Assembly (NCBI RefSeq): GCF_009914755.1
Contig: NC_060927.1
DNA: 64,000 nucleotides
Direction: 5' to 3' (one strand)
From: the human T2T-CHM13v2.0 reference genome, Homo sapiens
In this document: positions 51,878-64,000 of the stretch, piece after piece
How the letters are laid out: each line of letters opens with the position of its first letter
Position numbering within the stretch: the stretch's first letter is position 1
The notes under the pieces: model-generated
What the model was told of the DNA's origin: nothing
What the model saw: the letters and a program-made list of their open reading frames with translations, nothing else
Databases searched by the model: none
Made by a program: the position numbers and the translations under genes

Positions 51878-52157
51878 AACGAAGGAGCAGAAATCCAAAT
51901 ACCACATGTTCTCACTTATAAGAGGGAGCTAAACATTGAGTACACATGAACATCAAGATGGCAACAATAGACACTGGGGACTACTAGGGATGGGGGGGGG
52001 CGGGCAAGGGTTGAAAAAACTACCTGTCAGATACTATGCATCACTATGGGTAACTGGATCATATATACACCAAACCTCAGTGACATGCAATAGACCCATG
52101 TAACAAACCTGCACATGTACCTCTCGAACCTAAAATAAAAGTTAGGAAAATGAAAAT
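51878..52157 (+). mobile_element. L1PA16/L1PB-type 3' end inserted in an L2 tail
   Basis: TSD AAGA(G/A)TCTTAGTTT at 51864-51877 and 52158-52171; upstream (TCAT)n L2 end at ~51742-51860. Confidence 0.85.
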
Positions 52158-52667
52158 AAGAATCTTAGTTTTAGGTAAAACACGCTATTGAATAATGTAA
52201 TACAGTTTATTCTTTTTATTTCTTTTGTAGCTTCTTGTACACTGTGGGCCTTAAAATAGTTAAATGTTCATTGAAAATGTAATTTTAAATTTAAAAGAAA
52301 ATTATAAAATAAATATAGTCTTCAAATTCTAATACTATGTGTGTGCAAACACATATGTTTGTGTGTATTTAGAAAAAAAGAAAATGCTTCTATAGTATAA
52401 TATAAAAGATTTGGACTTTTCTTTTGAATGTCAGTTAAAGATTAATACATAAGATTTTTCCTCTACGTGCTACCTCCCCAAATACACTTCAAAAATTTTT
52501 GGTTTTTAATGCATTTGATGATGCTTAATTAATCTGAATATTTTTAAAGTCAGTTCTTCTATTACTATGATACAATTTCAAGTTTAAAGGCCCATTTTTA
52601 ATATATTTCTTAAGTCATTTGTTACAAGTATGAAATAGGTACCTTGTATCAATTTGACTTCATTTTA

Positions 52668-52962
52668 CTTTTTTATTTTATTTATTTTTAAGACAAGTTT
52701 CCCTGTGCTGGAGTGCAGTGGCATAATCCTGGCTCACCACAGCATTGATCTCCTGGGCTCAAGTGATACCCCTGCCTCAACCTCTCAAGTAGCTGGGAAT
52801 ATAGGCATGTGTCACCATGCCTGGATAATATTTTAAATTTGTATGTAGACATCAGGTCTCACCATATTGCCAAGGCTGGTCTCCAACTCCTGACCTCAAG
52901 TGACACTCCTGTTTCGGCCTCCCAAAGTACTGGCATTACAGACATAAGCCACTGCACCTGAC
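52668..52962 (-). mobile_element. AluJ
   Basis: CTCCTGGGCTCAAGTGAT..CCTGCCTCA AluJ diagnostics; highly diverged. Confidence 0.85.
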
Positions 52963-53365
52963 ACATTTTATATTTTTATTCTTTCTATCAGTGGATTGAT
53001 TCCTTCTTTCTTGTACTAATGGTATATAGAAAATGTAAATGAATATTTTATTTAACTGCTATCATGGCATTGATCACATGTACAATAAAGTTTCTGCAAA
53101 AAACAAAACAATCTGCTTATAGAAGGCAGCTCTGATATTTTTTGTCCTTAATTGTGTCATTATGGAACCATAATGTATGTCTATATGACTTGCATAAGAT
53201 TTAGTTACATAAGTGTGATTATAAATATGATTAGAAATATCCATAAAATTGCCCTTCTAGTTCTTAAATTTTTAATAAATGTATCTTATTTTAACTTTCT
53301 TTTATTTTAAAGTTTTTATATAAATGCTAAACATTTATAGAACCTACACTTGAAATTACCTTTGG

Positions 53366-54190
53366 TAATATAAAAAGACACTTCTCAACAGAAGACATAC
53401 ACTAGGCCAACAAGCATATGAAAACATGCTGAACATCACTAATCATTAGAGAAATGCAAATAAAAACCACAAGGCGATACCAGCTCATACCAGTCAGAAT
53501 GGCTATTATAAAAAGTAAAAAATAATAGATTTTGGCAAGGTTGCAGAGTAAAGAGAGCACTTATACATTACTGGTGGGAATGTAAATTAGTCCAGTTACT
53601 GTAAAAAGCAGTTTGAAGATTTCTCTAAGAACTTAAAACAGAAGTACCATTTAACCCAGCAATCCCATTCCTGGCTATATATCCAAAGGAAAATAAATAA
53701 TTCCATCATAAAGACACATGTACTCATATGTTCATTGCCGCACTATTTGCAATAGCACAATTTTGAAATCAACCTAGATGCCTACCAGTGGTGGACTAGA
53801 TGAAGAAAATGTGTCACATATACACCACGGATTACTATGCAGCCATAAAAAAGGAATGAAATTAATCTTTTGCAACAATATGGATACAGCTGGAGGCCAT
53901 TATATTAAGTAAATTAATGCAGGAATAGAAATCCAAATATCACATTTTCTCACTTATAAGTGGGTGCTAAACATTGAATAGACATGGACACAAAGAGAGG
54001 AACAAAGGACATCAGGACTTACTTGAGGATGGAGGGTAGGAGGGTGAGGACCAAAAAAATATTTGCTGGGCACTATGATCACCACCTGAATGATGAAATA
54101 ATTTGTACACAGAACCCCAGCGACACTCAATTTACCCATGTAACAAACCTGCACATGTACCTCCTGAAGTTAAAATAAAAATTACAAAAA
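53366..54190 (+). mobile_element. 5'-truncated L1PA15/16
   Basis: Perfect 13-bp TSD AAATTACCTTTGG at 53353-53365 and 54191-54203; ORF2 end and 3'UTR. Confidence 0.9.
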
Positions 54191-54314
54191 AAATTACCTT
54201 TGGCCTTCAAAGTTGCTTTTTAACTGGCAATGCTGTTTATAATTACATATATAAATATACAAGACATATATATACAAAATTCTAATTGATAATATATAAT
54301 TATAATTAATATAT

Positions 54315-54317
<3 letters not shown>

Positions 54318-54354
<37 letters not shown>
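54318..54354. repeat. (TG)n microsatellite
   Basis: Directly visible. Confidence 0.95.
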
Positions 54355-54355
<1 letters not shown>

Positions 54356-54532
54356 TGTATTTCAGCGTATTGGCATCCTTTAGCCAAATCTACATGAGAT
54401 GTAGGGAGGCAAATATTATGGTTTATGTACGTTATTGAGGTGACTTTTTAAATTAGTTGTTCAAAACTTATTGCATATCAATGGAACATTGATTTATTAG
54501 TTTTCCTTTGTTGTTACTCAAAGACAACTTTA

Positions 54533-62301
<7,769 letters not shown>

Positions 62302-64000
62302 AAAGACAAATACAAACATGACACACATCTCTAAATATAAAGGCTATAATTAGATATGTCTCTCTTTAAATATTCAGAAATAGGTAACTTAAAATGATAT
62401 TTTATATGGGGCCCAGTTAATCTTAGATTTCTAAATATTCAAAAAGTTCCATCTTTATTTTGGTCAAAATCTGCAGCTAAGTTAACTCACAATCTTCTTA
62501 TTGTTTTGCTTTTCTCTTGTGCTTCTGTCAACTCTAATCAGTTTCTCTTTTCTAAACAAATATTTAATGTTTTGTGAGCATGCCCCTTTGAAAATTTGCC
62601 CAACATTGATTCCTGTGTCCTATTTATCTCTTTTAATTTCAGATCAATTTGGAGTTTTTAGAGATTATTTCTAAGTATCATATTTTTATTATTGAAAGTA
62701 ATTTATTTCAGTCAATATAACTTGTTTCCTTGTAACAGCAGAATATTTCATATATGAGCATATGTGAAAATATTGATATTCACCTTATCACAGTTATTTT
62801 GGTGGTATGAGGAGTAGATTCAATTAGACGACAATTTAGCTCACAGTGATTTCTCCTGGAGCCATGGCAATGCTTTTAACTTCTTCTTTTTTTTCCCCAT
62901 AATCCCTGACCATGGCTAAATGCTTCCAAATTTGTCATTACTGTCCCAATCCAGATGAATCAAATCTTCTCACTCAAGCTTGACATTGCACACAGAGACA
63001 TAAAATTGCGGGGCTAGTCAACTGACTTACCCCATGGAAGTGCCCCTGGATGAAGATCCTTCACGCTCACTAACTTTTGCCTCAAGGCTTGCCTGTCTTC
63101 TAAGGATTAATTGGTAATCTCTTTTCAATTCTTTGAATTATTTCACTATAATTTCAACAAATGTTCTTTTTGCTTAAATTAGGCAAGGTTAATTTTTGAA
63201 TAAAAATCAAAGAAGTTGGTCTAACATGGAGACAATAGCTATACATAGTTTGAAATCTACTGTACACAGATACTAAATACTAATGTTGGTTACTTGGGGA
63301 GATATTTTAAGAATGGGTGAGCTATTTTTATATTTGTAGTCAATATATTTATATGTATATGATTTTTTAAAGCAAACTATTGTGGCAGCATAATCCATGT
63401 TAAAATAGATGGCTTCGTTTTGAAAACAACCTTGATGTATGGATTTCAATGTAAAAAATGAACACCATTCCTTTTTTGGAATGTTCTGAAATACAGGGAA
63501 AAACAAGTGGATAGGTGAATTCTTCTGGAAATGGAAAGAGGAACTTTGAGATTTTATAATCATCTCTGCAGTGAAGAAAGAAAGATGAAGCAGGAATGTA
63601 AGGTAAAGATCTTATAATCTGATTGTTGTGCCCTGAGAATGCCAGGCTGACCTCTAAGTCATCTATCGCAGAGCATAGGTGACAATTGCCAGGCACACAG
63701 AAAATGAAGTTGCTTTCTACAACATGGTCCAAAAAAATGATGATAACATTGCTGTTGCTTAAATGAAGAAGAGTTTTGTCCAATATGAAGTATGGAGGGA
63801 ACAAAAATAGGAAGGAAGCTGGAAGAGGGAGACTGATGAAGGTTGTGGAAGGGCAGTCTGGGTGGAGGGTGTAGCAAGAGCTAAATCTGAAGACAGTCCT
63901 CCCCTGAAGGCCCTTGGAGATAAGCAAAATGTCTCTGGACTTCTCCACACACAGAGAATGAGCATTCAGCTATTTTAGGAAAAGTACAACAGAATGTTGG

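Noticed and set aside
63400-63948. 182-aa ORF, the longest outside the provirus
   Set aside because: F/S/L/P-rich translation of the complement of purine-rich DNA, non-ATG start, no domain recognised.

Overview
AT-rich, repeat-dense catarrhine primate (human-like) genomic DNA, judged from AluY/S/J, L1PA7-16 and LTR12. I see no recognisable host protein-coding gene, RNA gene, CpG island or CRISPR array. The ORF track is almost all transposon remnants or chance ORFs. The main landmarks are: (1) a 6.6 kb minus-strand ERV9/HERV9 provirus (27403-34029) with two 781-bp LTR12-type LTRs, a CTTT target-site duplication (TSD), a tRNA-Arg PBS, decayed gag/pro, and deletions of the RT core and of integrase plus most of SU; (2) an apparently full-length, decayed L1MA2-type LINE (54533-62301) carrying an AluSc; (3) an L1PA7/8 whose first ~200 nt are fused directly to the ORF2 3' end (49489-50917); (4) two 5'-inverted L1 insertions; (5) several nested insertions with readable TSDs; (6) a few exon-like segments in unique DNA at 18.8-25.2 kb. 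I did not find a convincing new biological system. The findings are unusual retroelement architectures and low-confidence exon or regulatory candidates. Subfamily names come from my recall of consensus sequences and need RepeatMasker/Dfam confirmation.
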